From: Carpediemonas membranifera BICM | Taxonomy: Eukaryota; Protista; Fornicata | Assembly (NCBI GenBank): GCA_019828565.1 | Contig: JAHDYR010000019.1 | Coordinates: 236,618-300,617, forward strand | DNA length: 64,000 bases | Reading direction: 5' to 3' | In this document: one piece after another, positions 11,701 through 23,238 of the stretch | Position numbering within the stretch: the stretch's first letter is position 1 | How the letters are laid out: every line of letters starts with the position of its first letter | Translations under genes and position numbers: made by a program | Notes under the pieces: generated by a model | Databases searched by the model: none | The model's input: the letters and a program-made list of their open reading frames with translations, nothing else | What the model was told of the DNA's origin: nothing

Positions 11701-12162
11701 AGGGGGTTCAACTACGAGGGCAAGGACATGCTCTACTCGGGCATCACGGGCGAGCTACAGCCGTCGTACGTGTTCTACGGGCCTGTGTACTATCAGAAGC
11801 TGAAGCACATGGTGCAGGACAAGATGCACGCCCGATCCAGAGGCCCACGCGCCATGCTCACACGCCAGCCGACTGAGGGCAGGTCCCGCGACGGTGGGCT
11901 CAGGCTTGGTGAGATGGAGAGGGATTGCCTCATCGCGTACGGGGCAACGGGTCTCATCACGGAGCGGCTGCTGACTGCGTCCGACGAGTACGAGTGCAAC
12001 GTCTGCTCCAAGTGCGGCCTCATCGCCAGCGAGGGATGGTGCCAGTCATGCAAGTCCGGCCGCAACATCTGCATCATCCGCCTGCCCTATGCGTGCAAGC
12101 TGATGTTCCAGGAGCTCCAGTCAATGAACATTGTCCCCCGGCTGCACCTCGCTGACCAGTGA
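8754..12162 (+). CDS. RPC2: RNA polymerase III second-largest subunit; intron 10772-10808
   Basis: [91 protein letters not shown]. The two track ORFs are joined by a 37-nt GTACGT...ACACAG intron. Confidence 0.96.
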
Positions 12163-12299
12163 GTGCCGCAACATGAATATAAACTACTCTCGGATTGTGC
12201 TGAGAAGTTCGCTCGGTGGTAAGAGTTTAGGATGCTTTGTTGGGCTCAAATCAGCGTGCAATTCTAGTGATTTGAATTGTCAGATTTGCGCAAAACCGA

Positions 12300-13154
12300 A
12301 TGAACGACAAACTCGCTATCTCCCTTGCCGGCGTGCCCACTGAGGTGAATTCTGCGATGAAACTAACTCTTCCGGCGCTTAGGCGTGACTACAAGCTCAA
12401 GAACGCCGCTTTCTGGGGCGTAATCAAGGGCGATCTTCACGATTACTACATCTTCCGCGGCTTCACAACCGGAGACATCAAGGAGCAGCCCCTTGTGTTC
12501 TACTCGTTCACTGGTGCCGAGTGGGCACAGCTTCCTCCGCTTTCTCCCAAGCTCGTCGAGGCGATGAACAACCACGGCTACCACATCGACTGTCAGAAGC
12601 CCTTCACCGGCGACAGCTCTCTACTCCTCAACCCTCCCAAGGAGGAGGATGAGGCCGAGCCCGAGCCCGAAGAAGAAGAGGAGGGCGAGCAGGAGGCCAA
12701 GACGAAGCCCGAGCCCGAGCCCGTCACCACCGAGCTTCACCGGCTGAAGATGATGGTCGATCGCATCTCCCAGGACACTGAGATCGCCCCCATCGGGCTC
12801 TACTACCGCACATCCGAGGGGATCACGGTCAACCCGGCCTTTTCCGGAGTCAAGATCGAGGACGTCACCAAGCCCGCGAAATACGCGCTCAAGACAGCAG
12901 TAATCGAGTGCCTGAGCAAGGTTGACGGTGTAAACCCCGTCCCGGCAAGCATGTGGGTCACCCCGACCCTGGCTGAGTCCACCCCCAAGTACACCTGGAA
13001 GATCGAGTACGACGAGTCCGAGCAGCTCGTGCTGCTGAGGAACCAGTTCTACCCGGGCCACGTGGCGTACGTCGTGCCCCAGGCGGCGGTGTGCGGGTCT
13101 GTGTATTGCGGGACAGGTGTTTATGACGCAAGCCTGCCCTTTATGATCAGGTAG
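12300..13154 (+). CDS. RSPH9: Flagellar radial spoke head protein 9
   Basis: FWGVIKG...DYYI, EWAQLPP, FTGDSS, NPAFSG, VLLRNQFYPG, YCGTG...LPFM. Confidence 0.85.
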   Translation: MNDKLAISLAGVPTEVNSAMKLTLPALRRDYKLKNAAFWGVIKGDLHDYYIFRGFTTGDIKEQPLVFYSFTGAEWAQLPPLSPKLVEAMNNHGYHIDCQKPFTGDSSLLLNPPKEEDEAEPEPEEEEEGEQEAKTKPEPEPVTTELHRLKMMVDRISQDTEIAPIGLYYRTSEGITVNPAFSGVKIEDVTKPAKYALKTAVIECLSKVDGVNPVPASMWVTPTLAESTPKYTWKIEYDESEQLVLLRNQFYPGHVAYVVPQAAVCGSVYCGTGVYDASLPFMIR

Positions 13155-13264
13155 GCTGTTTAAAGTAAATGGATGACTCGAGTGTTATTTATGCAGTAAC
13201 AGGTGCCAAAACTGTTGATAATTGCACATAATGACCAATGCCAACATGTTTCCTCTGTCACCTC

Positions 13265-13391
13265 TGTCTTTGTATCTCTCATTGATTGGTACGATATGAT
13301 ATGATTGGTCTGAATACGCACGGTGTTATGCTCTCTTGATTCCAGTCGGGCGACGTCCAGCGACAGTGGCTCGCGGTTTGGGGGTCGACCC
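13265..13391 (-). repeat. Dispersed ~140-nt intergenic repeat, copy a (most diverged)
   Basis: On the minus strand shares GTCGACCCCCAA.CCGCGAGC, CTGGAATC, ACACC.TGCGTATTC and CAAAGACA with copies at 20322 and 30865. Confidence 0.6.
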
Positions 13392-14033
13392 GATTCGTGT
13401 CAGTCAGACCCCATGACAACCCGAGCTCCATCACTCGATATGGGGCGAGTATGCATGATTCATAGGCAATTCTGAAGCTATATCAGCCATCAATTTGGTT
13501 GGCGACTTGTTCACCTCACTTTCGAAGTCAACTCGAGACTGCGGGTCCGAAGCTGAGCAATGCCGTCACCTCGACCACCACCATCGAATCGCTGTCGCTC
13601 TGCCACGAGGCTTGTATAGCTCTCTAACACCTGGATCCGGGCCATTACCAGCGGGCGCACACTAGAAGTATGCGCTTGGAGTCGACCCAAACTTCGATTT
13701 CGATGGACATCGAACATGACGAGTAGAGGTCGGAGATGGCTGATACTCACATTCTTGCATCAAAATTGAAGGTCATACGGGATGGCTGACCCATCTTTAT
13801 TTTTTAAACTGCCAACCAAAATTTCTGAAGTTGCACGCGTGCGTCTATACGCATAGTCCTATGCGCCCTAACGATTCAGCCAGACATTAGTCCAGAGCAT
13901 CCCAACTCATGATTCCGTGTGGAGTCAATCTTCGAGTCCCGACCGAGGCGACAATAATCAAATGATGATCTCTATTGGTCGGAATCATGGCGCTGTTTAA
14001 CAATAACTGGAGCAATAACACGCTATCGCGCCC

Positions 14034-16286
14034 CTATACGTCGGCGAGCAGCCCCTTCAACGCTTGCACGTCAAAGACGCCGGGCTCAGCAGGCTTGTTT
14101 GCCCGACTTGCCTGGAGCGCGGCTACAAAGTCCGCAGGCCCTACTAGCACAAACCCGTGGCGGCCATTCGCCCTATCGTCACGGTGTGACGCGGCAGTGT
14201 GGATCGGGGATGTGATGGTAGGCGTCGCCCCAGCCGACATCACCGGCAGCGCGGTGAGTGTTGTTGGTCTACGGACCCCGGTCGCCAGCGTCAGATCGCC
14301 CACGTCGGAGTCGACAATGATTCGATATGTGTCGACCAGCGTCTGGCGGAGTCCGGGGATTGCCCTGCACAGACCGACGCAGGTGGAAAGCGAGTCGACT
14401 AGCATGCCGAACGTCGTCTCAACCTCGTCCTCGGCTTCGGCAGGTAACTCTGAGCCCGAGTCAGAGTCGATCCGGCCGGCCTCGGACAGGCACGATTTGA
14501 ACGTCTCGGTCTCGCTGTCTTCGACTCTCTCGAGGACCACGCCATCGACCTCTAGCGGCTCCTCTGCTTCCTCGTGTCCCGCCGACTCTACGGCCCTGAC
14601 AGGAAGGCTCTGGGCACTGTGCAAGGCGTGCGGGTTGGCCAGCAGCGGGACGAGGGCGGGTATGCCGTGTTCCTCGGTCAGGCGGCCGATGAAGTCGAGT
14701 ACAACGTCCCTGCCCCCCTCGGAGTCGACGCTGAGGACCCAAAGGTGCGGTAACAACAGCCCGAGACCATCCTGCAGCCGAGATAAGCTCCAGGCCAGTT
14801 CCTTGCAGGCCTCAAGGTGGGCCTCAGATGCATTGGCCTTGGCAACGTAGCAGACGATGCGTGTCATACCGACAAGCTCGTCAGCAGGGATACCGGTGAC
14901 GTAAGCCTCGGGGACCGCAACAAGGTTGGCGAGTGCGGACAAAACTACGGGCTGGAATTGGATCAGATTGGGCCTGGAGAGCTCACGAACCGCGCGCTGG
15001 GCATGTGATAGGAGCTCGAGGCCGATGGTGTGACCAAAGACGAGAGGCAGGCCCTGGGTGGCAAGGATCATGAGTGATTCAGATCTGATTCGTATCCCAA
15101 TAATCGACCCAGATCTCGCGATCTTTGCTATATCTCTGAGCAATGTGGCAAGCAAGTCCACCATCTGCGCCGAGCCCTCGAACACGTAGCTCATGGACTG
15201 GATGACGGCAAGGTACTCTTCGATCACACCGGTGACGTCGGCCTCGTCGTTAGCGAGGACAGTGATTCTGTCAGGAACGTTCTCGCACATGAATTTCGAG
15301 ATGAGTGGGAGTGCTGCGATGGCGCGTGCGTGGAAGTCTGACGCGTCGGCTTCAATCATCTTCTCGCAGACCATTGTGAAGGATCGGAGGAGGGTGAGGA
15401 GCTGTTGGATGGACAGTCGGCTGAGCTCGGCAAATATATACGTCATTATGGTGTATACATGACTGGTCTGGACTGAAAGTAAAACAGCCATCAAGTCGGG
15501 CATGACATCAATATACATGTGCTCATCGGTAGACAAGTATGCCATAATTCCAGCCATCAGGGGCTTGAATGACATCAGGTTCACAGAAACGAAGAGCTCT
15601 GCCAGGTCGGCCATGATGGCCTGATATAGCCCAGAACCCGTGGCATGGCGCCGGGACTCGTTCAGCATGTCCATCATGGTCGGCAGGAAGGCTCTGGTGA
15701 TGACAGTTGGGGCGGGTGAAACGGCGGTGGCGAGGACGGTGGCCATCATGTGGAAAGCACGCACCCGGATGTCGGCAACGCGGTCGGGGGCACCCGTGTC
15801 GAAGCTGGCGGCCCGCGCGATATGCTGGAGAGTCACGTCGGGCAGGGTCATGTGATATGGCCGGCGGGTGCCTGATGCCAGACTCTCGATGAGGTCCACC
15901 GTTTCGATGATATACACTGAGACGTCCTCGGCAAGCAGCGCGTCTATGCAGTCGTAGATGTAGGTGTCGAAGAGGCTGATATCATCGCAGCGTGTGATAA
16001 GCGCCTTGTACGCGCTGACAGTGGCATGAACATGCGCGGCGCGGAACTTGATAATGTCCCGCTTCAGTCTGTAGTTCAAATGCCGGCAGATGCGGGGCAA
16101 GCGCGATGGAGAGCTCTCTGCATATTGTGCAAGCTTGTCGATGCCCTTGGGGTTCGCCGTTGGCGTCAGGGGGGCGTTAATGTCCCCATGTCGCGGTCGG
16201 CGCGTATATATGTTATCAACGAATCGTCGATGCCTCGATTTAGGTCGACATATTGCTCGTGTAACAGCTCTAAGCTGATTGAGCAT
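14034..16286 (-). CDS. EFR3: EFR3-family protein (PI4KA plasma-membrane scaffold)
   Basis: N-terminal C-R-P..RHRRFVDNIY...IDKLAQYAESSPSRLPRICRHL..RLKRD matches the EFR3 N-terminus; start codon uncertain (16286 or 16331). Confidence 0.75.
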   Translation of the reverse strand: MLNQLRAVTRAICRPKSRHRRFVDNIYTRRPRHGDINAPLTPTANPKGIDKLAQYAESSPSRLPRICRHLNYRLKRDIIKFRAAHVHATVSAYKALITRCDDISLFDTYIYDCIDALLAEDVSVYIIETVDLIESLASGTRRPYHMTLPDVTLQHIARAASFDTGAPDRVADIRVRAFHMMATVLATAVSPAPTVITRAFLPTMMDMLNESRRHATGSGLYQAIMADLAELFVSVNLMSFKPLMAGIMAYLSTDEHMYIDVMPDLMAVLLSVQTSHVYTIMTYIFAELSRLSIQQLLTLLRSFTMVCEKMIEADASDFHARAIAALPLISKFMCENVPDRITVLANDEADVTGVIEEYLAVIQSMSYVFEGSAQMVDLLATLLRDIAKIARSGSIIGIRIRSESLMILATQGLPLVFGHTIGLELLSHAQRAVRELSRPNLIQFQPVVLSALANLVAVPEAYVTGIPADELVGMTRIVCYVAKANASEAHLEACKELAWSLSRLQDGLGLLLPHLWVLSVDSEGGRDVVLDFIGRLTEEHGIPALVPLLANPHALHSAQSLPVRAVESAGHEEAEEPLEVDGVVLERVEDSETETFKSCLSEAGRIDSDSGSELPAEAEDEVETTFGMLVDSLSTCVGLCRAIPGLRQTLVDTYRIIVDSDVGDLTLATGVRRPTTLTALPVMSAGATPTITSPIHTAASHRDDRANGRHGFVLVGPADFVAALQASRANKPAEPGVFDVQALKGLLADV

Positions 16287-16420
16287 CCTACGGCGAGAAC
16301 TGAATCCCCGTCTAGTTTTGCCAGATTTGCGCATTTTTAGAATAGCAGATGATCCAACCGACCAATGCAAACCTTGCCCCCCAAAGTCACGCATACAGCA
16401 GTCGCATAAGTATTTACATG

Positions 16421-19400
16421 TTACATCATGTTCATATCGTCGAGCTGGGGAAGCTCCTCCCTACTCGTTGGACGCATCGCCTGAGTGTCCTCGAGCTCGG
16501 CCACACGCTGCCGCAGCCGCACCATCTCCGACCGCTGGGCCTCGAGGTCACGCCGCAGCTGCTTCTCCGCGGGTCCGGCCTGGGCGACCTTGCCCGGGGC
16601 CGTCTGCATCGCCTGTGCCCTGACGCTCTTGAGCTCCTTCCGAAGCATGTTGATCTCCTTGATGAGTTCAACGTTCTCCTGCAGGATGTGTCTGTGGTCC
16701 GCAGACCGCACCCGAGTCTCTTTCTCGAGCTGAGTCTTAAGACCCCTCACAGTCCGCTCAAGGTAGACCCTCTGCCGCTCGTGCTCGTCCCTCAGATCCT
16801 CGTCGACGGCCGCAGCCTTGGCTATGCCGGTGACATGCTTCTTGTGCAGGGTCCTGGCCGCTTCCTTGAGCTTCTTAGGCTCCTGGATGAGCTGGACGAG
16901 GTCACCGATGTCTGCCTCCATCCCCTGGCGCCGCGAGTCTGAGTCCGCCAGCTTACGGCGTGTGGTAGCGCCGTCACGCTGGAGGGCGTCAATCTTGAGC
17001 TTGAGGTCAGTGATCTGGAGCTCGAGCCGGGAATTCTGCTTGTGGAAGCGCTCGAGCTCGGCGTCCATCTCTCGGATCTGCTCGTGCATTGACCCAATCT
17101 CAAGCTCGCGGGGCTCGATCTGTTTCTTGAGCTCCTTGATCTTGTAGTCGAGCACGAACTTGAATTTCTCGAGCTCCTGGTTCTTCTTTTTCAGGTCGTA
17201 TATCCTGCGCTCCTTGTCCGCGATCGTCTCATCTCTCTCGGTGATCTCCTTCCGGAGGCCTTCCTTGTCCTTCTTGTGGCCCTCGATCTTCTGGAGCAGG
17301 TCTTGTTGCACCTGGCCCTTCTTCTCGAGTTGCTCATCCTGCTCCTGGATGCGGTTCTTCAGCACGGTGAAGCGTCGCCGGAGAACGCCGTTCTCGCCCT
17401 TGAGACGAAGTGTCATGTCCTTTTCGCCGTCAAGCTGCGTCTCGTACGTGCGCCTCATCTCATCTAGCTCGGTATCGGCGTCATCCTCCATCTGGTCGCG
17501 CGTCTCATCAAACTCACGCTGGAGATCGTCGTTCTTCTGGAGAGCGTTCTCGAGCAAGAGTGAGAGCTCCTGCACCTTCTCCTCGTACGAGCTCGTCAGG
17601 TCCTGGATGATGCGTTCGTGCGAGGCAATGAGTTGGGCGGCATGCTCGTCCGCCTTCTTCGTGCCGCTGTCCCGCTCAGCTTGGAGAGCGGCGTACCTCT
17701 CGACCTCGAGCACGAGCTTCTGCTGGTACTGCAACTCAAGCTGCTGCAGCTCCTGCACGTGCTCCTCCTCTACCGTCTTCATCCTTCTCTGCAAGTTGAT
17801 CTCGAGCTCAGCCTTATCGTGCTCCGTCTGCTCGAGCTTGGCCTTCTCCCGCTCGACCTCCTCGCTCCATTTGGCTGACTCTGCCTTGAGTTCCTCTTGA
17901 TGTCCCATCTCTCTCAGCCTGAGTTGATACTCACCCTGCACGGTGAGCTCATCAATCTTAGTCTGCAGCTCGCGGACTAGAGCCGTCTTGTCAGCCATCT
18001 CGGTCCGGGCGACAAGGATCTCCTGGGCCTGGAAAGGCGCCTCACCACCGAGGGCGGCGGGGTCCTGGAGTTGGTGGACGAGAAGAACGCCGTCCATGCC
18101 AACAGAGACGATGCGGGTCCCGTCGGGGGTCACTCTGAGCTTGTGGATGAGGCCAGCGTGGGCGCCAGTCTCGAACAAGAGGTCCGCCCCCTTCGTCTCG
18201 TCGAAAGGCAGCGCGTACAGCCGCAGCGCACCAGTCGCCGTGCCAACAATCAGATGCGACTCGTTCGGAGTCACTGCCAGCTGCCTGGGGATCGAGCCCT
18301 GGGCGATCTCACCGACCACGGAGTCATCCATGATCTTCTTCACAGTCATGTCTGACGCCGCGGCGAGTATGGTCTCGCCATCCTTGCTCATGAGCACAGA
18401 CGTGTAGGGACATCCCTTGACGACGCAATCCTGCACCCTGCGCCCGTCGGGGAGAGACCAGGTGTACACTGCCCCGTCCATGCCGGCTGTGGTCAGGGTG
18501 GCGTCGCCCCGGCCCCAGGAAACAGCGCGGACCTTGCTGGAGTGGCCGCGGAGAGTTACGACAAGCTCGAATGTGTATACGTTGAATATGTAAACGAGTT
18601 GGTTTGAGACGGCAGCGAGGTACATGCCGCCCTGGGAAAACTCTAGCACGCGCACACCCTTGAGGTTGAACTCCTTGTGGTCGCGAATATCGTCGTTCAG
18701 CAGCGCCCCCAATCTGACGCGGTCGTTGATGGCCAACGCGATGTAGAATCCCGATGGGTGGAGGGCGACGGCATGTACCTGCTCGGCAAACTGCTTGGAA
18801 AACTCGAGCACGCGCTCCTCGTAGTCGTAGATGTTCAACATCTGGTCCCGGCCGACGGTGGCGATCAGTGGGCGGCGGAGACACAGGTCAGTGTCGACGC
18901 ACTCGCCGTTATGGCCGCCTAGCCCGACCTCCTGGAGGGTGATGGAGTTGTTAGACTCGCCATCGACTCTGGCGCGGAGTTCAGCCGACACCAAGTTGGT
19001 GTGGAGCAGGCTGCAGGCTGAAGTCACGAGGCACAACGCCTCGTGGGACGATGAGACCGCGATGGACGTAAAGTGCAGGGGCGCGGCATCACCACCGAGG
19101 GAGGCTGTGACTGAAGACATGACGGCACGGTCGCGGAGGTCTGACGGGACGGTGAGGGTGTGACCTGGCTTGAAGAGCTCGCGGCCCTCGGCTGGTTGGT
19201 AGACCACCGCCACGGCATTGTCGAGGCCAACCACGAAGCCCTGACCGAGAGTGGCGCAGCACGTGATGCGGGCGTCTGGCGTGCTTGGTTGGGCAGGTGG
19301 CAACGTCATCTTCACGTCACCCGTGGCGTCGGCGAGGAGGCAGCCGTGGTGCTCAGTGCCAACCACCACAGCGTTATCGTCGACCCAGCAGTGGCATGTA

Positions 19401-20024
19401 AACACGATATCGGTGTCGGTCTTGACTGCGGAGACCTCCCTGATCTGCTTCTCAGTGTATCTGTAGAACTTGACCAAGTCGCCCCCCGACACGGCCCAGA
19501 GCCCTGAATCCTGCGGAGAGAACGAGATGTACTTGATGGGGTTCGACGGGCCGCAGACATCCTTCACTATGTCAAGCGGCTTGCTCTGTTTGGCGCCGAG
19601 CTTGAAGACACACAAGGCCCAATCAGGCTCGCAAGTGAGCGCGACAATGTGCTGGTTATCAGGAGCAAAGGCGAGCTGGGCGAACTCGCGGGCACTGGTG
19701 CCTTCGGCGGTAAGGACCTTCTTGCGGCTAAATGCCTGAACGTCCCAGATAGAGATGGATGCGACATCGCCGCGTTCAGCAACAGCAAGGTAACGGTTGT
19801 TGGCAGAAAGAGCGATGGCAGAGATGCTCTCTGTCTTCGGGCTTGTGTGAAAGAAGGACTGCTGCTTCGTCTCCAGCTGGTGTAGGCATACTTGAACTCC
19901 TGTGTGAAATTGACGCAATAGTGAACGTACCAGAGACATGCGCCACAGTGTTTTCGTTGATATACACCACGTTCTTTGTTGCGTCGATTCCGCGGCTAAA
20001 TAGCGGCACGATCGCTGTCGACAT
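16421..20024 (-). CDS. CFAP57: Cilia/flagella-associated WD40 + coiled-coil protein 57 (WDR65); intron 19900-19930
   Basis: LSANNRYLAVAE, VALHPSG, KKKNQELEKFKFVLDYKIKELKKQIEPRE, ILQENVELIKEINMLR; N-terminal exon MSTAIV...HVSG joined through a 31-nt GTACGT...CACACAG intron. Confidence 0.92.
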
Positions 20025-20321
20025 GGCTTCTTTGGAATTTTCGAGGGGGAGGAAATACATGAGCCATTTACACTCATGTAATCGCAAGATGGACGCCGGT
20101 ATGGGTGCTAGGTCCCATTCCAATGCCACGATAAGTCGACTTGAAGCTGAAGAACGGGTTTAGCGTTAGGAAAGGTCGATACAGTCAGTCGGCAAGCGAT
20201 GCAGAATCTTCAGCTTATGCACCAAACAAGATGCATTTCTTGCAGTCTTACCCAACTATGCCTTTCTTCTTGTAGACCATGGACTTATGCCGTGCCGCTC
20301 AGTCAAGCGAACGTGAACTGG

Positions 20322-20462
20322 GGTCGACCCCAAGCCGCGAGCTGGGTGTTCCAGGATAGCGCGCGCCTGTACTTAGCAGGGCGCCAAACACCCTGCGAGT
20401 TCCTGCAGCGCGCGATGCTAGCACCACCAACCCGCCACCAAGACCAAAGCCATCGATCAGCC
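20322..20462 (+). repeat. Dispersed ~140-nt intergenic repeat, copy b
   Basis: Nearly ungapped alignment to 30865-31003 (GTCGACCCC..CCGCGAGCTGG; GCAGGGCGC...ACACCCTGCG; CAAGACCAAAG.CATCG). Confidence 0.75.
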
Positions 20463-20572
20463 CGAGTCAAATGAACGAGTCAATGACTATCCGGCGTCTG
20501 CAAAGTCATTCACCCTGCCCGAGTCCAAGAACCTACAGATACTTTACCGATGGGCCTGGATAATGATACATC

Positions 20573-20990
20573 TTACTGGGTCCGGGCTTCACGGCGGGCC
20601 TTCTCCTTGTCGAACTCCTGGCGGGCGGCGAGGACAGCCTCACGCTGCGCCTTGAGCTCCTGCTCGGTCTTGGTGATCTTCTCTTGTACAGAGTCACTGT
20701 GTGAGACGATTGGGTGGGTTGGAAACGAACAGAGAAGTCTCGATGCGCTCGATACGGCTGTTGACGTCGCTGCGGGCTTCCTCCACGGAAGTAGTCGCGA
20801 GAACAGAGCCAGTACGCTTGTAAATAACGGCATCCTCAGCCATTTTCGCGAGCTCGCTCTTCACGAGCTTGTTTTCGTTGAACTGAGCAATCAACGTCTC
20901 CCGATCGGTTGCAAGCTTTGTAAATGAAGCCTCGATCGATTGAAGCTTTTCATGCGCCTTTTGGAATCTCTCGCCTGTCGCAGAGCTCAT
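20573..20990 (-). CDS. PFDN6: Prefoldin subunit 6; intron 20697-20730
   Basis: LIAQFNENKLVKSEL, VIYKRTGSVL, EARSDVNSRIERI; a 34-nt GTTCGT...CACACAG intron joins two track ORFs. Confidence 0.88.
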
Positions 20991-21252
20991 AGAAGTTGAT
21001 TTTCCGGGAAATACCACCGCTGGTGTCTGAGAAATTTTTGCAGAACAGAACTGGGCGCAGTCAGCCAGAAGGCTCCCACCGATCAAGAGACTGAGTGGTT
21101 ACTGGGACGGGGTCCAGCGGATCCACCAGCCCTGAGAAATGAACGCGTCAAATTACTAAGCCTCAAAAGCTGCTTGCAGGTCATCTGGACACGAGGAAAC
21201 GGTTACAAGCGGAGTTCTAGTGCTAGCGGGATCAATTTACATCCAGCACTCA

Positions 21253-22195
21253 TCAGGCGCTCTCCGCAGTCGTTCCCACGTGGGGCACCTCGCCCTTGCC
21301 CTCCGCCAGGACGACGGCCTTGGGCTTCTCGTGCTCAATGACCTTGCCGTCCTCGTGATATTCGATCAAATTGTCGATCAAACGGTGGCACGCGGTGACT
21401 GATCTCACGAGCGACGAGATGAAGAGCGAGAGGTAGAAGTCATTCATCCGCTCGTTCACGGCTGCGATGAGCTGCTTATCCTCGCTGTTGGGCAGGATGC
21501 AGAAGATCTCCTGGATCATCATGTTAATCTGTTGATTGAGTGGCAGCTTGCCCTCCACGACGAGGTTCATGTATTCCAGCACCTCATGCATACACCGCTT
21601 GAACGCGTCGAGTGCGGACACCTTCTTCTCGACCTGTGCGGCCATGGGAAGGTGCTTGAACTGGAGGATGTCTCGAAGAAGATGCTCCACGCCGATGGCC
21701 TCGGCCTCGAGGTAGCCTATGTTGTAGTTGACGTGCTTGAACACCTTCTCACCGTCGTTGTTGCGGCAGACGTAGGCCGAGAGGGGCAGGAAGGGCGAGC
21801 CGCTCTGGATGTCGACCAAGAGGTAGAGGGGGTCGCTCGCATCGTGCATGAAGAGGTCATGGATGCGCATGTCATGTGCCAGGAGCGAGCTGCCCGTGCT
21901 GTACCACCCGATGAAGTGCTCGCGGGACGATACGCGGTGGAAGAGCTGCAGCATCTCCCCGTGGAAGAGGTCGTCGAGGAACCAGATCTGGTTGTCCTCG
22001 GGGTCCTCGTCATAGGGGACTGTGTGATGGATAAGTGCATGGGAACGTACTAGCATAGCAATTGGTGACCTCCAGCTTGTTCCCGACCTTTTCTCCGAGA
22101 AGGGCGCCAACAACGCGCCTATTCGTCTGACTAGCTATTCTGTTATAGTGATCTACAATGGATAGAAGCACAATTGGGTGCACAGAGACCTCCAT
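21253..22195 (-). CDS. RPN8: 26S proteasome lid subunit Rpn8 (PSMD7); intron 22020-22050
   Basis: [28 protein letters not shown]|[31 protein letters not shown]. Confidence 0.95.
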
Positions 22196-22399
22196 TGTGT
22201 TTTTGATCGTGGTTGTCGAAGACTTACACGTATACATATCATGCCATGTACCGCCGTTTAGTCTGCGAGAAACGTTGGGGCCTACGACATACGTCTCATA
22301 CTACCGCACAGACCATCAAGCCCGGCACAGTTCCAGCATGGCATGTTACTGCCGGCAACAATGGTCCTGTGATGCGGAAGAGAGCCATGCTGAACACTG

Positions 22400-23026
22400 T
22401 TACACAAGTCCGCGCGCCTGCATCTCTGCTGCCTTCTCCGCTGCCAGCACCGCTTCGTCCTCGAACAACATGCCGAAGTATTCGGGCCCGGCGATCTTGG
22501 CCAAATCGTCGCGCGTCCTCATTTTCTTCTGTTGCTCCACTAAATAAGAATCTCATAAGTCATGTAAACATACCAAGGGGTTGGAACATCTCCTTAACGC
22601 CGGGCAGGTCCTTTGCGCGGCCATAGTACTGGTAACCCCCCTTCGTTCCGAGCGGCATGGCGTCATCGACGACCGTGTGGGCCCGGCGGAAGTCTGGGCC
22701 ACCGAGCTCGAGGCATCGCATCTCCCACACGTGGCGTTCGCGGACGAGGCGGTTGATTTCATCGTTGAGCTCGCGGGCACGATGCTCGCCAAGGTTAACT
22801 GGGTGAGGAATAGGGTGAAGGGATACAAACCGTTCTCAATGGCTCTGATCTTCATGTGTAGGTCATTAAGGACTTCGTTGCGCCATTTCTCGGCAGCAGC
22901 TGCACTGTGGCAATCAGAAGAGTGCTTGGGACGAAGAACTGCTCCTCCCGTCCCAAGTGCATCAGAATGCTGCATTGCAACCCATCTATTGAGCACATTC
23001 CGCGCCTTTTCCGCGTTTCTTGCCAT
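22400..23026 (-). CDS. ISY1: Pre-mRNA splicing factor Isy1; introns 22799-22830 and 22540-22573
   Basis: MARNAEKA..LNRW, AEKWR, RELNDEINRL.RE...WE...ELGGPDF, GYQYYGRAKDLPGVKEMF after removing two short GT-AG introns. Confidence 0.92.
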
Positions 23027-23238
23027 CTCGAGCGATCACCTCATCACTTACACGTATACATAGGCTATGTACATGGCAATGTTCCGGTGCAAACCTGTAC
23101 GAGCACCCAGCTGACCTCACCAGTGACGTTTGTGACCATCTTAACCTGTAACCTTCCAACCTGACCAAGGCTTGAACTCCCAGTCAGGTCGAAACGCCCT
23201 GAGAAGTTTATGATCCGATCAAAACAACCTTGCACAGC

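Noticed and set aside
13482-13823. Short inverted repeats (TTTGGTTGGC/GCCAACCAAA; ATCAGCCATC/GATGGCTGAT) suggesting a MITE
   Set aside because: Only 10-11 nt, not properly nested, no TSD, single copy in window.
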